From: Alphaproteobacteria bacterium | Lineage (GTDB): Bacteria > Pseudomonadota > Alphaproteobacteria > SMXP01 | Reading direction: 5' to 3' | DNA: 64,000 bases | Assembly (NCBI GenBank): GCA_965248815.1 | Contig: CBDFKK010000005.1 | Coordinates: forward strand, 119,835 to 183,834 | Shown: piece after piece, positions 41,286 through 52,111 of the stretch | Position numbering within the stretch: position 1 is the first letter of the stretch | Layout: each line of letters begins with the position of its first letter | The notes under the pieces: model-generated | The model's database searches: none | Told to the model about the DNA's origin: nothing | The model's input: the letters and a program-made list of their open reading frames with translations, nothing else | Program-made: the position numbers and the translations under genes

Positions 41286-41501
41286 ATGGCTGAAACCAAA
41301 GTGCGCGAGTTGCGTAGCTATCCAAAAAGCAAAATATCGGTGGTGGGGATTTCATCCACAGACATGCAGGATCTGCTTGAGCGCGTTGCTCCAGCTTCAG
41401 CCTCAGCAGCTTTGAGCGCCCTACGCCGCGCCTTTCCTAATGTCCCTCTCCAAGAGCGGGTCCGGGCCTGCGAAGCCTACGCGCAAAATTTTCGGTTCTA
41501 G
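41286..41501 (+). CDS. Small hypothetical protein, 71 aa
   Basis: Fills an otherwise empty intergenic gap; GGGGAAG RBS shortly before the ATG; helical-looking sequence ...ALSALRRAFPNVPLQERVRAC. Confidence 0.6.
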   Translation: MAETKVRELRSYPKSKISVVGISSTDMQDLLERVAPASASAALSALRRAFPNVPLQERVRACEAYAQNFRF

Positions 41502-41642
41502 GCAGCCGTCTACTTCTAGTTCTCTTAGCCAGATTTCCCTGAAACCCGCGTCAGCAGCATCTGAACGATGTGGGCGCCTGCGATCACGGCTAAGGGGGCC
41601 CGGGCTCAATTTTTCCAAGCCATAATTCTTTACAAGTCAGGG

Positions 41643-41693
41643 TTGAAAGCATATATCGGACCTATATATAAATATATATCGAACCAATATATA
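41643..41693 (+). promoter_or_regulatory. padR operon promoter with two tandem quasi-palindromic operator boxes
   Basis: TTGAAA at 41643-48 and TATAAA at 41667-72; boxes ATATATCGGACCTATATATA (41651-70) and ATATATCGAACCAATATATA (41674-93), 18/20 identical. Confidence 0.7.
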
Positions 41694-41714
41694 CGCCTAT
41701 AAAGCCGTTCACCT

Positions 41715-42359
41715 TTGGCGGCCAGGGAGACTAAGACGTTGGACGTACAAACCTTGTGCTTGGGTGTCCTCAATCGCGGAGACGCGACCGGTTACGAAAT
41801 CCGAAAGATGTTCGAGGACGGCCCCTATCATCATTTCTTGGAGGCAAGCTACGGCTCAATCTATCCCGCTCTGACACGGCTGACTGAACGCCAGCTGTTG
41901 TCATTTCGCACCGAAGAGCAGGAAGGTCGCCCCGGCAAAAAAATCTATTCCATAACGGAAATGGGCCGCGCGAAGTTTCAGAAAGCCTTATTGAAGCCCC
42001 CGGCGGTCGACAAGTTTCGATCGGAATTTCTGTTCATCATGATGTTCGCGGATCAACTTCCGCTGGAACACGTCAAAGAACTGCTGGATCGTCAAATCGC
42101 CGATCTTAAAAGAGATGCTGCCGAAATTGCCGAAATGATGGTTTGCGCCGACACGCCGGGACGGCGTTTTGTCAATGGCTTCGGCCAAGAGGCTATTGCA
42201 GCAAGTATCGATTACTTGGAGCGCAATCGGGACTGGTTAGAGTCAGACATCGCGCAGGTTCGTCGCACAGCAGCAGCAGAATTTTTTGAAAGCCCTTCCA
42301 AGTCCCGATCGGAACAACCAAATGCAGATATACGAAGTAAAGTAAAGCAAAACAAATGA
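41715..42359 (+). CDS. PadR-family transcriptional regulator
   Basis: TGYEIRK, ASYGSIYPAL..L, GRPGKKIYSITEMG winged-helix motifs, plus a C-terminal dimerisation region; TTG start uncertain. Confidence 0.92.
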   Translation: MAARETKTLDVQTLCLGVLNRGDATGYEIRKMFEDGPYHHFLEASYGSIYPALTRLTERQLLSFRTEEQEGRPGKKIYSITEMGRAKFQKALLKPPAVDKFRSEFLFIMMFADQLPLEHVKELLDRQIADLKRDAAEIAEMMVCADTPGRRFVNGFGQEAIAASIDYLERNRDWLESDIAQVRRTAAAEFFESPSKSRSEQPNADIRSKVKQNK

Positions 42360-43438
42360 CCGTTAAAAGTTCTTATGTTTGGGCAGCAGTGATGGCCGTG
42401 GTCATTGCCGCATGGATCGCGTCCGGCCAATTGGGCGCGGTTTCAGAAGACGGATCTGGTGGTCCCATCGATGACACGGAAAAGGACCTCGTCGTTGTTC
42501 GAGGCATTACAAGCGTCGCAGCGCCACACTTTGCCGAACTTGTTGTACGTGGACGAACAGAGGCGTCACGAACCGTTGTCGTTCGGGCTGAAACCGACGG
42601 TGCCGTAATTGGCGTTCCAGCTAAGGAAGGCTCGCGAATTGCAGAAGGCGACGTAATCTGCGAGCTGTCCCTCAACGCCCGCGAAGCGGAAAGACAAGAG
42701 GCGGAAGCTGTAATGGAACAGCGGCGACTTGAATATAACGCAGCCCGGCAGTTGACGGAGAAGGGTCACCGGTCCGAAACGCAACAAGCCGCCGCCCTCG
42801 CCGCCTACAAAGCGTCTCAGGCAACCGTCGAACGGATCAAACTCGAGATCAACCAGACGCAAATTAAAGCGCCGTTCAACGGCGTGCTCGACAATAGAAC
42901 CGTCGAGATTGGTGACTATGTCCGCCAAGGCGATGCATGTGCGACGCTTGTCGACGAGCAACCATTTCTCGTCGTCGGCCAAGTATCTGAATCGGACGTT
43001 TCAAGACTCTCTGTGGGCCGGAAAGGTACCGCCAAGCTCATAACCGGTGAGGAATTTGAGGGCCGAGTACGATTCATAAGTACACGTGCCGACCCTGCAA
43101 CGCGCACGTTCCGCATTGAGTTGGAACTGCCTAACGAAAATCAATTGCTTCGCGAAGGCATTACCAGTGAAGTTCGTCTACCCATTGAATCGGTCGACGC
43201 CCACAAGATCGCCCCCTCAGCCCTGGTCCTCAACGATGCTGGACAAATTGGCGTCCGCATCGTTGATGACAAACAAACGGTTCAATTCAAGCAAGTTCAA
43301 GTTCTTGAAGATAATGCGGACGGCGTTTGGTTAGCTGGTCTTCCGAAATCAGTGACCATCATTACGGTAGGGCAAGAATATGTAATCGAAGGACAAGAAG
43401 TAAAAGTCATTTTGATTGGTGATGGAGCTCAATCGTGA
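42356..43438 (+). CDS. RND efflux periplasmic adaptor (membrane fusion protein)
   Basis: N-terminal TM, lipoyl-like halves (IKAPFNGV), ADPATRTFRIE, TVGQEYV. Confidence 0.92.
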   Translation: MTVKSSYVWAAVMAVVIAAWIASGQLGAVSEDGSGGPIDDTEKDLVVVRGITSVAAPHFAELVVRGRTEASRTVVVRAETDGAVIGVPAKEGSRIAEGDVICELSLNAREAERQEAEAVMEQRRLEYNAARQLTEKGHRSETQQAAALAAYKASQATVERIKLEINQTQIKAPFNGVLDNRTVEIGDYVRQGDACATLVDEQPFLVVGQVSESDVSRLSVGRKGTAKLITGEEFEGRVRFISTRADPATRTFRIELELPNENQLLREGITSEVRLPIESVDAHKIAPSALVLNDAGQIGVRIVDDKQTVQFKQVQVLEDNADGVWLAGLPKSVTIITVGQEYVIEGQEVKVILIGDGAQS

Positions 43439-46400
43439 CTTCGATTGTCGATGCAGCTCTTAGCCGTGCGCGGACGGTCCTGACAATACTGGCCGTCGCG
43501 ATTTTCGCGGGGCTGGTGTCGTATATCAATATACCCAAAGAATCCGATCCAGATATTCCCATCCCCTTCGTGCTCGTGACTGTACCGCACCCTGGAATTT
43601 CACCGGAAGATGGGGAACGACTTCTTATCAAGCCAATGGAAAAGCGGTTGCAAACCGTCGAGGGCCTCAAACACCTCAACTCTGGCGCTCGAGAAGGCAT
43701 GGTCTATCTCGTTCTCGAATTTGATGTCAATTTTGACGTCGACCAAGCACTGATTGACGTTCGCGAACAGGTCGATATTGCCAAAGCAGATCTGCCTGAC
43801 GATAGCGAAGAACCACAAGTGTCCGAGTTGAATGCCGCACTCTTTCCCGTGCTTGCGGTCGCGCTTTCTGGTGATGTTCCCGAACGAAAGCTATTCGAAC
43901 TTGCGCGCCAACTTCAAGATGAAATTGAGGCCTTGCCTAATGTACTTGAAGCCCGACTGGCCGGCCATCGCGAAGAATTGCTCGAAGTTATTGTCGAACC
44001 GGCAAAGCTTGAAGCCTACCGGGTTACGCAGCAAGAGTTGATTACGGCCGTCACCACAAACAATCGCTTGATTAGCGGGCGCGCTCGACAGTGGTCACGG
44101 CCGATTTCAAGTTAAAGTTCCGGGCCTGTTTGAAACAGCGGAAGACGTTTACAGCTTACCCATAAAAGTTTCCGGTGACGGCGTCGTCACGCTCTCGGAC
44201 CTTGCAGAAATACGCCGAACTTTCAAAGACGCGGACGGCTTTGCGCGATTCAATGGCAAACCGTCGATTGCTCTTGAAGTCGTCAAGCGGATCGGCGCCA
44301 ACATTATCGAGACGAACCAACAGGTACGCCAGACCGTAATTGCCGAAAGCGAAAATTGGCCCGAGAACGTCAACTACGACTTCACGCTCGATTTGTCGCA
44401 AGTCATCAACGAAATGTTGACGCAACTCGAGGCAGCCATTCTTACGGCAATCTGCGTTGTGATGATCATCGTCGTGGCGGCCCTAGGGCTGCGTTCAGGC
44501 TTCCTGGTCGGCCTTGCGATTCCAAGTTCCTTTCTATTAGCGTTTTTGAACCTGAATCTGATGGGCTCCACGCTCAACTCCATGGTCATGTTCGGAATGG
44601 TGATTTCGGTTGGTGTGCTGGTCGATGCGGCCATCGTAATCGTAGAATACGCAGACCGAAAAATGTCTGAAGGTTTGGTGAGGACCGAGGCCTATGGTCT
44701 GGCAGCCAAGCGCATGTTTTGGCCGATCGTCACGTCGACACTCACGACGCTTGCCGCTTTCGTTCCGATGCTGGCGTGGCCGGGCATTGTCGGCAAATTC
44801 ATGAGTTATTTGCCTATAACATTGATAAACGTCTTGGGCGCTTCAATGCTGGTAGCCCTCATTTTCTTGCCGGTCGTCGGTTCGCTCGTCGGACGAACAC
44901 AAGCCTCCAATGCGAAAACGCTTAAAGCACTGGCAGCCGGCGAATCCGGCGATCTCAAAACGCTCACCGGAGTTACGGGAGCCTACGTTCGCCTTGTTCA
45001 AAAGGCCATTGAACGGCCGCTCACGGTTGTCGGCATCAGTATAAGCGCCGTATTCGGCATCGGCGTCCTGTTTATGGTATCCGATGTCGGAAGCGCATTA
45101 TTCGTTGAAAGCGACTCTCCGAATATCGCCGTGCTCGTCGGGGCGCGAGGCAATTTGTCAAGTACGGAATCGCGCGATCTCGTTGCCGAAGTCGAAGAAG
45201 TCATAAAGGACGTTGATGGCGTCGGTAGCGTTTTCTCCACCACCGGTTCAATCGAATTTTCCGCAGGGCCGCAAACGCCACCGCCCGACGACACGATCGG
45301 CCAGATCAATATAGAGCTTCTCAATTGGAAATTTCGCCCACACAGCGACATCGTCGTCGCTGAAATTCGCGAATTGGTCTCAGGTCTCGCGGGCATAAAA
45401 GTCGAGGTGCGCTTGATCGAAAACGGCCCGCCGGTTGGCAAAGACGTACAATTGGAACTGCGTTCGGACTTCGGTGATGTCTTGCTGGCCGAGGCAAGCC
45501 GCGTGCGACAATATTTTGAGTCTCTTGAAGGTTTGATAGAGCTGGACGACAGTCGACCACTGCCGGGCATTGAATGGGAACTCAAAGTCGATCGTGAACA
45601 AGCCGGCCGCTTTGGCGCCGACGTGTCTCAAGTGGGAGCCATGGTGCAGCTTGTGACCAACGGCATATTGCTGAGCGAATACCGTCCTGACGATTCCGAA
45701 GATGAAGTAGAGATCCGCGTCCGCTTCCCATACAATCAACGAAGCATCAATCAGCTTGATCAGTTGCGCATACAGACCCGAGAGGGTCTCGTCCCAATCA
45801 GCAGTTTCGTCAAGCGCGAACCCAAACCCCAAGTCAACAAAATCGAACGGATCGACGGCAAACGCGTCATTGCTGTTCGCGCCAATACCGCGCCTGGTTA
45901 CTTGACGTCGCAAAAGGTCGCCGAAATTGAGAATTGGATCGAGACCGAGGGTCTAGACAAGCGCGTAACTTACGACTTTCGCGGTGCAGACGAAGAAAGT
46001 GATGCCTCGACAGACTTTCTCGGCGGAGCAATGGCTGCATCTCTATTTTTGATGGCGATCATTCTGCTCACCCAATTTAATAGCTTTTACTATGTTGTGC
46101 TGACCTTGACTTCGGTCGTTCTCTCAACGACAGGCGTATTGCTCGGCATCGTAGTCACGGGACAGCTTATCAGCATCATGATGACAGGAACGGGCATCAT
46201 TGCTCTCGCGGGTATCGTCGTGAATAACAATATCGTGCTTATCGATACTTTTCAGCGCTTAAGACAAAGCGGATACGAATTGTACGACGCCATTCTGCGG
46301 ACCGCCGCCCAACGTCTACGTCCGGTTCTGTTGACGACAATTACGACAATCTGCGGTTTGCTTCCGATGGCGCTGCAAGTCAATTTAGATTTCTTTGCAC

Positions 46401-46618
46401 GCGAAGTTTCTGCAGGCGGACCAATTGCATCATGGTGGGTGCCCCTTGCAACTGCGGTCATTTACGGACTGTCGTTCTCAACCGTGATCACGCTCGTGCT
46501 CACGCCGAGCTTATTGGCGTTGCCGGATCATTTGCGCTCAAGGTGGCAGCATAAAGGCCTAAGCAAGGCGCCGTTTGGCAAGCCTGAAGCGCAAATTGGC
46601 GCATCACCAGCAGAATGA
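43435..46618 (+). pseudogene. AcrB/AcrD/AcrF-family RND permease, frameshifted near 44074
   Basis: N-terminal part (IPKESDPDIPIP) changes frame at TTG ATT A GCG GGC. The new frame is open from 44075 to 46618 (GALDSGHGRFQVKVPG, GVLVDAAIVIVE, GIVVNNNIVLID, RLRPVLLTT). Joined length is about 1060 aa. Confidence 0.87.
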
Positions 46619-46628
46619 ATTTGGGGAT

Positions 46629-47459
46629 TTAGTCGATGAATGCGTCGGGCTCTATTTCTTCTTCTTGATCTGCAAATTTGACAGCCCTTATCTTATAACT
46701 CCGCATACTGATGGGAATCGAGATCAGATAAGCAATGGCACAGCAGCTGAGCGTGTACCAGGGATAAATAAAGAGAAGCGCGGCAAAAAGGGCCACTAGG
46801 AGCAACATAGGCAGAACAAGTTCCCCTTTGATCTTCATGCCTTTACCGGAATAAGTCGGGATTTGACTGACCATCAACAGGGAAATAAAGACGGTGTAAG
46901 CGGCAAGCAAAGGCGCCCAGTCCTGCACCGCCTCAAACCCGAGGAAAAAAGGAAAGAACGGAGCGATACAGAGGCCAGCGGCAGCGGGCGATGGGACGCC
47001 GACAAAATAGTCGCTCTTCCATGCCGGTCTGTCTGGGTCCTCGGCCGCTACGTTGAAGCGGGCAAGGCGCAGGGCGGCGCAGATGCAAAATGTTAGAACA
47101 ACAATCCAACCCAGACCTCCCAACGCATTAAGCGACCACAAATAGGCAATTGTCACCGGCACAATGCCGAAATTAGCAAAATCGCTAAGTGAATCGAGCT
47201 CCGCTCCGAATTTCGTCGTCCCTTTCAATAACCGGGCGACTCGGCCGTCCAGGCCGTCTAAACCTCCCGCGACCACGATGGCGGCGATGGCCGTTCTAAA
47301 TTCACCATCGATGGCAAACTTGATGGCGGTGAGACCAGCCGATAGCGCCAACACCGTCAAAATGTTAGGAGCAAGGCTGCGAACGGGGAGCGCTTTTATC
47401 CGCCGGCGCGGATTTCTCTTTTGAAGACTCGCCTCTCCTCGTTTGAGTCCTTGTGTCAT
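46629..47459 (-). CDS. pssA: CDP-diacylglycerol-serine O-phosphatidyltransferase
   Basis: DGLDGRVAR...[12 protein letters not shown]-alcohol phosphatidyltransferase motif, LRLARFNV. Confidence 0.95.
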   Translation of the reverse strand: MTQGLKRGEASLQKRNPRRRIKALPVRSLAPNILTVLALSAGLTAIKFAIDGEFRTAIAAIVVAGGLDGLDGRVARLLKGTTKFGAELDSLSDFANFGIVPVTIAYLWSLNALGGLGWIVVLTFCICAALRLARFNVAAEDPDRPAWKSDYFVGVPSPAAAGLCIAPFFPFFLGFEAVQDWAPLLAAYTVFISLLMVSQIPTYSGKGMKIKGELVLPMLLLVALFAALLFIYPWYTLSCCAIAYLISIPISMRSYKIRAVKFADQEEEIEPDAFID

Positions 47460-48148
47460 CGCACCTCCGTTTCCCGAGCCGCCTCAGACGACGAGCGATC
47501 GGCAAATATGGTCTCCCCTGCAACACTCGTCTGGCCGACCGCAACAAGGGGCGCAATCCCGGGATCAAGATATACATCAACGCGACTACCAAACCGTATC
47601 ATACCAAATCGCTCGCCGGCTTTCAGCTCTTGACCTTCCCTGACCTCGCACACGATTCGGCGGGCCACCAAGCCCGCGATCTGAACCACCCCGACCTGCC
47701 CAAACTCGCCCGAATCCAGACGAAGACTTTGACGTTCATTGTCTTCGCTAGCCTTGTCGAGCGACGCATTCAGGAACTTTCCAGGACGGTATACCGACTG
47801 GCCAATAGTACCCGGCACGGGACATCGATTTACGTGACAATCGAAAACGTTCATGAAAACGCTGATGCGCAATAAATCACGCGTGGCGAATTCAAGTTCA
47901 GGCGGCGGCGCAGACGGTCCGACATAGCAAATGACGCCGTCAGCCGGACTGATGACAAGACCGTCCCCCATCGGCGTGTGGCGGTCCGGATCTCTGAAAA
48001 AGAAAACGCACCAAATAGTCAGCACAAAGCCAAGCCAGCCAAGTGGTGTCCAAATAACGAAAAGCACGAGCGTCGCCGCAGCAAACGCAACAACGAACTT
48101 GACGCCTTCGCGGTGAAGGCGGGGGATAATGACGGCTAGGGAGTCCAC
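47456..48148 (-). CDS. psd: Phosphatidylserine decarboxylase proenzyme
   Basis: [33 protein letters not shown] self-cleavage motif. Confidence 0.96.
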   Translation of the reverse strand: MDSLAVIIPRLHREGVKFVVAFAAATLVLFVIWTPLGWLGFVLTIWCVFFFRDPDRHTPMGDGLVISPADGVICYVGPSAPPPELEFATRDLLRISVFMNVFDCHVNRCPVPGTIGQSVYRPGKFLNASLDKASEDNERQSLRLDSGEFGQVGVVQIAGLVARRIVCEVREGQELKAGERFGMIRFGSRVDVYLDPGIAPLVAVGQTSVAGETIFADRSSSEAARETEVR

Positions 48149-48236
48149 GCTAAATTCAAAACCTGCACAAATTGTCGATTTAGACTAACTCGAAGCGGCG
48201 GGAACATTCGACTTGAGAAATCTTCTGAAGAAAACG

Positions 48237-50237
48237 TCACCATAAATCTTTTTCTTCCTCCAGTTCTTTGTCTTCAAGTGAAGGAGTCAATTCTGTGTCG
48301 TCCAGTTGGTCAGACTTACGCTTGGGCGACCCGGATGGTTCGCTTGATGTTTCGCGCTGACGCGACCACATGTCGGCATAAATGCCTTGCTTGTCGAGCA
48401 GTGCGTTATGAGAGCCGCGCTCAACAATTTTTCCATTTTGTAGAACGAGGATTTCGTCGGCATCGACAACCGTAGACAGGCGATGCGCAATCACGACCGT
48501 CGTACGTTCCCTAGAGACATTTCGGAGCGCTGACTGGATCTCGCTTTCCGTTTTACTATCGAGGGCGGACGTCGCCTCATCAAGTAGCAAGATCGGTGGG
48601 TTCTTGACAATAGTGCGGGCAATTGAAACGCGCTGTTTTTCGCCGCCGGAGAGTTTGAGGCCACGCTCTCCGACTTTTGTTTCATAGCCGTCTGGCAAAG
48701 AGACAATAAAGTCGTGGATTTGAGCTAGCCTTGCTGCGCGTTCGATGCTGTCTTCACCTGCGTCGGGATCACCGTAAGCAATATTGTACCGGATCGTATC
48801 GTTGAACAGCACTGTATCTTGAGGGACGATCCCGATCGTGGCGCGTACGCTATCTTGGGTGACTTTTGATATATCCTGCTCGTCAATCAGAACACGGCCA
48901 GACTGTACATCGTAGAACCGATAAAGCAATCGGGACACTGTCGATTTGCCAGCACCAGTCGGGCCGACAATGGCGACTGTCTTACCAGGCGGCACCGTGA
49001 ACGAAACATCGTTCAGGACGCCACGTCTCGGATCATAACTAAAATCGACATGTTCAAATCTTATTTCCGCACCGCTGACATCAAGTGGCGGCGCATTGGG
49101 CTCGTCGGTTACTTCAGGAGGTACATCAAGCAAGACAAACATGATCTCCATATCGACCAGCGCTTGCTTTATTTCTCGATAAACAAAACCCAACATATTG
49201 AGCGGCATGTAAAGCTGAATCATGAAGCCGTTGACGACGACAAAGTCGCCGATCACCATACGGCCCGCCGCAATATCGAAGCCGGCCATGACCATGAGAG
49301 CCACGACACCAGTCGTAAAAATTAGCGATTGACCGGAATTCACAAGGGCAAGTGAAACTTGGGACCGGATCGCTGCGTTTTGATAGGCCTCCATGGCGGT
49401 GTCATAGCGCGCCGTTTCATATCGCTCGTTGCCAAAATATTTCACGGTTTCATAGTTGAGCAAACTATCGATCGCCTTGGTGTTCGCTTCCGTATCGCTA
49501 CGGTTCATTTCCCGCCTAATCTTCACGCGCCATTCGGTGATAGAAAAGGTAAACCACACATACCCAACTACGGTGATGGCGGTAATCAAAGCGTAGCGAT
49601 AATCGTAGCGAATTGTTAAGTACGCGCTGACCATCGCAAGTTCGACGAACGTCGGAAAAATGCTGAACAGTAAAAACCGCAAAAGGAATTCAATTGACTT
49701 AATACCGCGCTCAATAATCCGGCTAAGGCCGCCGGTCTGACGGTCAAGATGAAAGCGCAGCGACAAATTGTGTAAATGTCGGAACATATTTACCGCAATA
49801 GTTCGCTGAGCGTTTTGTCCTACCCGGGCAAATAGCGCGTCGCGCAATTGCTGAAAGCCAGGACCCACGACCCGCGCGACGCCCCACAGAACAATCAACG
49901 CAACGGGAACCGCAATGAAGGTTGACGCCGATAAATTGTCATTTGCAATTGACGGCAGCGGTTGTCCGCTTGCGGTGGTTCCGCTCAGACGATTAACAGC
50001 CGCGCCAAGCAATACGGGCACTGACAGCGAAATGAGCTTGGCAAGTAGTAGTGCAACGAACGCAAATATAATGCGGGCCCTAAAAACGGCATTGTCTTTC
50101 GGCCAAAGATAAGGCGCTAGAAACAACAATGTACGGAGCTGTGAGCCAAGGCTGCCTTCAGCGACGCCCGCGGCGTTCCAATCGCCCGAACTCTCGGCTG
50201 TGCTCGTCGGTCCTAGATTTTCAATGCGGCGCGACAT
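48237..50237 (-). CDS. Atm1/ABCB7-type ABC transporter (fused permease and ATPase)
   Basis: HLHNLSLRFHLDRQTG, AIDSLLNYETVKYF, GPTGAGKST, LSGGEKQRV, LDEATSALD. Confidence 0.93.
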   Translation of the reverse strand: MSRRIENLGPTSTAESSGDWNAAGVAEGSLGSQLRTLLFLAPYLWPKDNAVFRARIIFAFVALLLAKLISLSVPVLLGAAVNRLSGTTASGQPLPSIANDNLSASTFIAVPVALIVLWGVARVVGPGFQQLRDALFARVGQNAQRTIAVNMFRHLHNLSLRFHLDRQTGGLSRIIERGIKSIEFLLRFLLFSIFPTFVELAMVSAYLTIRYDYRYALITAITVVGYVWFTFSITEWRVKIRREMNRSDTEANTKAIDSLLNYETVKYFGNERYETARYDTAMEAYQNAAIRSQVSLALVNSGQSLIFTTGVVALMVMAGFDIAAGRMVIGDFVVVNGFMIQLYMPLNMLGFVYREIKQALVDMEIMFVLLDVPPEVTDEPNAPPLDVSGAEIRFEHVDFSYDPRRGVLNDVSFTVPPGKTVAIVGPTGAGKSTVSRLLYRFYDVQSGRVLIDEQDISKVTQDSVRATIGIVPQDTVLFNDTIRYNIAYGDPDAGEDSIERAARLAQIHDFIVSLPDGYETKVGERGLKLSGGEKQRVSIARTIVKNPPILLLDEATSALDSKTESEIQSALRNVSRERTTVVIAHRLSTVVDADEILVLQNGKIVERGSHNALLDKQGIYADMWSRQRETSSEPSGSPKRKSDQLDDTELTPSLEDKELEEEKDLW

Positions 50238-50340
50238 GGCCCCCGGTGTAAACCGTTATGGACAATAAGGCTAGTCGGTGGGCCATCGAAGGACCAGTCA
50301 CCGGTTGCAATTTCTAGGTGAGTGCTTATTTCAGTGTGGG

Positions 50341-51303
50341 CTAATTCGCCATCGCACTTGGCGAAACAGGCGTATCAAAAACCTGGCCGGAATAAATTAA
50401 GTCCGGTTCGACAATTTGACTCTTGTTGGCATCGTAAATGACCGTATATAAAATCCCGCGACCATAGAGGCGCCGCGAAATCCTCCACAAACTGTTCCCA
50501 GGTTGAACAATTACTTGCCCAGCTGACAATTCAGTAGATTCCGGGGCAGCCCGTTCGAAAGGTATTTCAACACGAGCCGTAGGCTTGCCCGCATCCGTTA
50601 ATTGATCGATACGCAGCGTATAGCGGCCGGGAGGGATCGCCTGGTCCGGCATCATACGCCAATTGCCGTCAAGATCAGTCCGTGCATCACCGACGCGCCG
50701 ATTGTCGACATAGGCACGAATGGTCGTACCGGGTTTGGCGCGACCCTGAAGTATAACCGCGCCCGCCTCATCATAATCGACAATGTCAACGCTGAGGTCA
50801 CCAACCATCACACCATCACCGGGCTGCTGCAAAACCCGACTAGGACTTGCGCCCCCTTGAAGCACGACAAGCGGTTTCAATCCTGGTTGTTCAGGAACTG
50901 CCACTACGACGGTTTGGTCCGACGCGACGTTAGTGCCATCCGGCAAGATCATTTCCAATGTTAGTTCTTGATCGCCCTGATCGAGCGGCGCTTCGACGAT
51001 GATCACCCACTCGCCGCGCTCATCTGCCGTTTCCCTGGCGATTTCTTCTTTGTTAGCAAATAGAATGATTTCGGTGCCGGGCTCTGCACGTCCAGCTACT
51101 ACCGCCGAGCCGGTTGGTTCAACACGGACGATGTCAAATGTCGGCGGAATAATCCCGGCATTTTCCTGTGCGTCAATGGTACTGTCGATGCTCGCGGACG
51201 TCTCCGTTTCCTGCCGCGGTCCATCCTCACGCAGCATCGTGATTAGGAAAAAAGCAAGTACGGCCGTGATAAGTAAACCAACGCCGATGAGGACTACGCG
51301 CAC
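50341..51303 (-). CDS. Membrane-anchored LysM peptidoglycan-binding protein with two Ig-like repeats
   Basis: N-terminal TM; PTFDIVRVEPTGSAVVAGRA and VDIVDYDEAGAVILQGRA repeats; C-terminal LysM VQPGNSLWRISRRLYG...PDLIYSGQ. Confidence 0.87.
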   Translation of the reverse strand: MRVVLIGVGLLITAVLAFFLITMLREDGPRQETETSASIDSTIDAQENAGIIPPTFDIVRVEPTGSAVVAGRAEPGTEIILFANKEEIARETADERGEWVIIVEAPLDQGDQELTLEMILPDGTNVASDQTVVVAVPEQPGLKPLVVLQGGASPSRVLQQPGDGVMVGDLSVDIVDYDEAGAVILQGRAKPGTTIRAYVDNRRVGDARTDLDGNWRMMPDQAIPPGRYTLRIDQLTDAGKPTARVEIPFERAAPESTELSAGQVIVQPGNSLWRISRRLYGRGILYTVIYDANKSQIVEPDLIYSGQVFDTPVSPSAMAN

Positions 51304-51443
51304 TCTGCAGAGTCTCCAATATAGTCTGAAACAAGCTTAGTCATGCTGCCTTGATTAAGCAAATTTTATGCCCAGAGATTGGCACAATGAGTGAATAGAG
51401 TTCTAACCAAGAGATTAACGTGAGTGCGAAGTGTGGTGACAAC

Positions 51444-52061
51444 ATGACCAAACCTAAAGCGATCTGTGTATTTTGTGGGTCTAATAGCGGGACAGATTCG
51501 GCCTACGCGAAAGCGGCCGCCGATTTTGGTCGCATTCTGGCACGCCAACAAATTCGTCTAGTTTACGGCGGTGGGGGCACGGGTCTTATGGGTGAGGTTG
51601 CCAAAGCAACCCATCTCGCCGGGGGCAAAATCACCGGAATTGTCCCCGAGGCCATTGCTCAAATTGAACGGCAATATGAGAATTCTGATCGCAAAATCGT
51701 GACTAAGGACATGCATGAGCGCAAAGCTCACATGTTCCAGCTCGCCGATGCATTTGTCGTTCTCCCTGGTGGCATTGGAACGCTCGAGGAGGTTGTCGAA
51801 GTGCTTTGGTGGGCTTACTTAGATTTTCATGCCAAGCCAATTTTGCTCGCAAACATCAATAATTATTGGCAGCCGTTCTTTGACTTGATTGAACACACAA
51901 TCGATCAAGGATTCGCACGGCCCGAGTTGCTAAATGGACCGAGCGCTCACGACGCACTCTTAGTCGCGGACAGTGTCGAAGATATCGTACCGACCATTGA
52001 GGCCGCCTTGAAGTATCGTTCAGCAAAGCCGCAGCACGAGGATGCATCGGTCCTGATATAA
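51444..52061 (+). CDS. LOG-family (TIGR00730-type) nucleotide phosphoribohydrolase
   Basis: ICVFCGS, LVYGGG..GLMG, MHERK, PGGIGTLEE. Confidence 0.93.
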   Translation: MTKPKAICVFCGSNSGTDSAYAKAAADFGRILARQQIRLVYGGGGTGLMGEVAKATHLAGGKITGIVPEAIAQIERQYENSDRKIVTKDMHERKAHMFQLADAFVVLPGGIGTLEEVVEVLWWAYLDFHAKPILLANINNYWQPFFDLIEHTIDQGFARPELLNGPSAHDALLVADSVEDIVPTIEAALKYRSAKPQHEDASVLI

Positions 52062-52111
52062 GACGACAGGCTGGACCCCAAAACCGTCAACGCGGTAAAA
52101 ACAAGAATGCT

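Noticed and set aside
51350-51420. CtrA-like boxes between the LysM and LOG genes (TTAA-N7-TTAT; CTAA-N8-TTAAC)
   Set aside because: Each has a mismatch or wrong spacing relative to TTAA-N7-TTAA, in AT-rich DNA where such matches are expected by chance.
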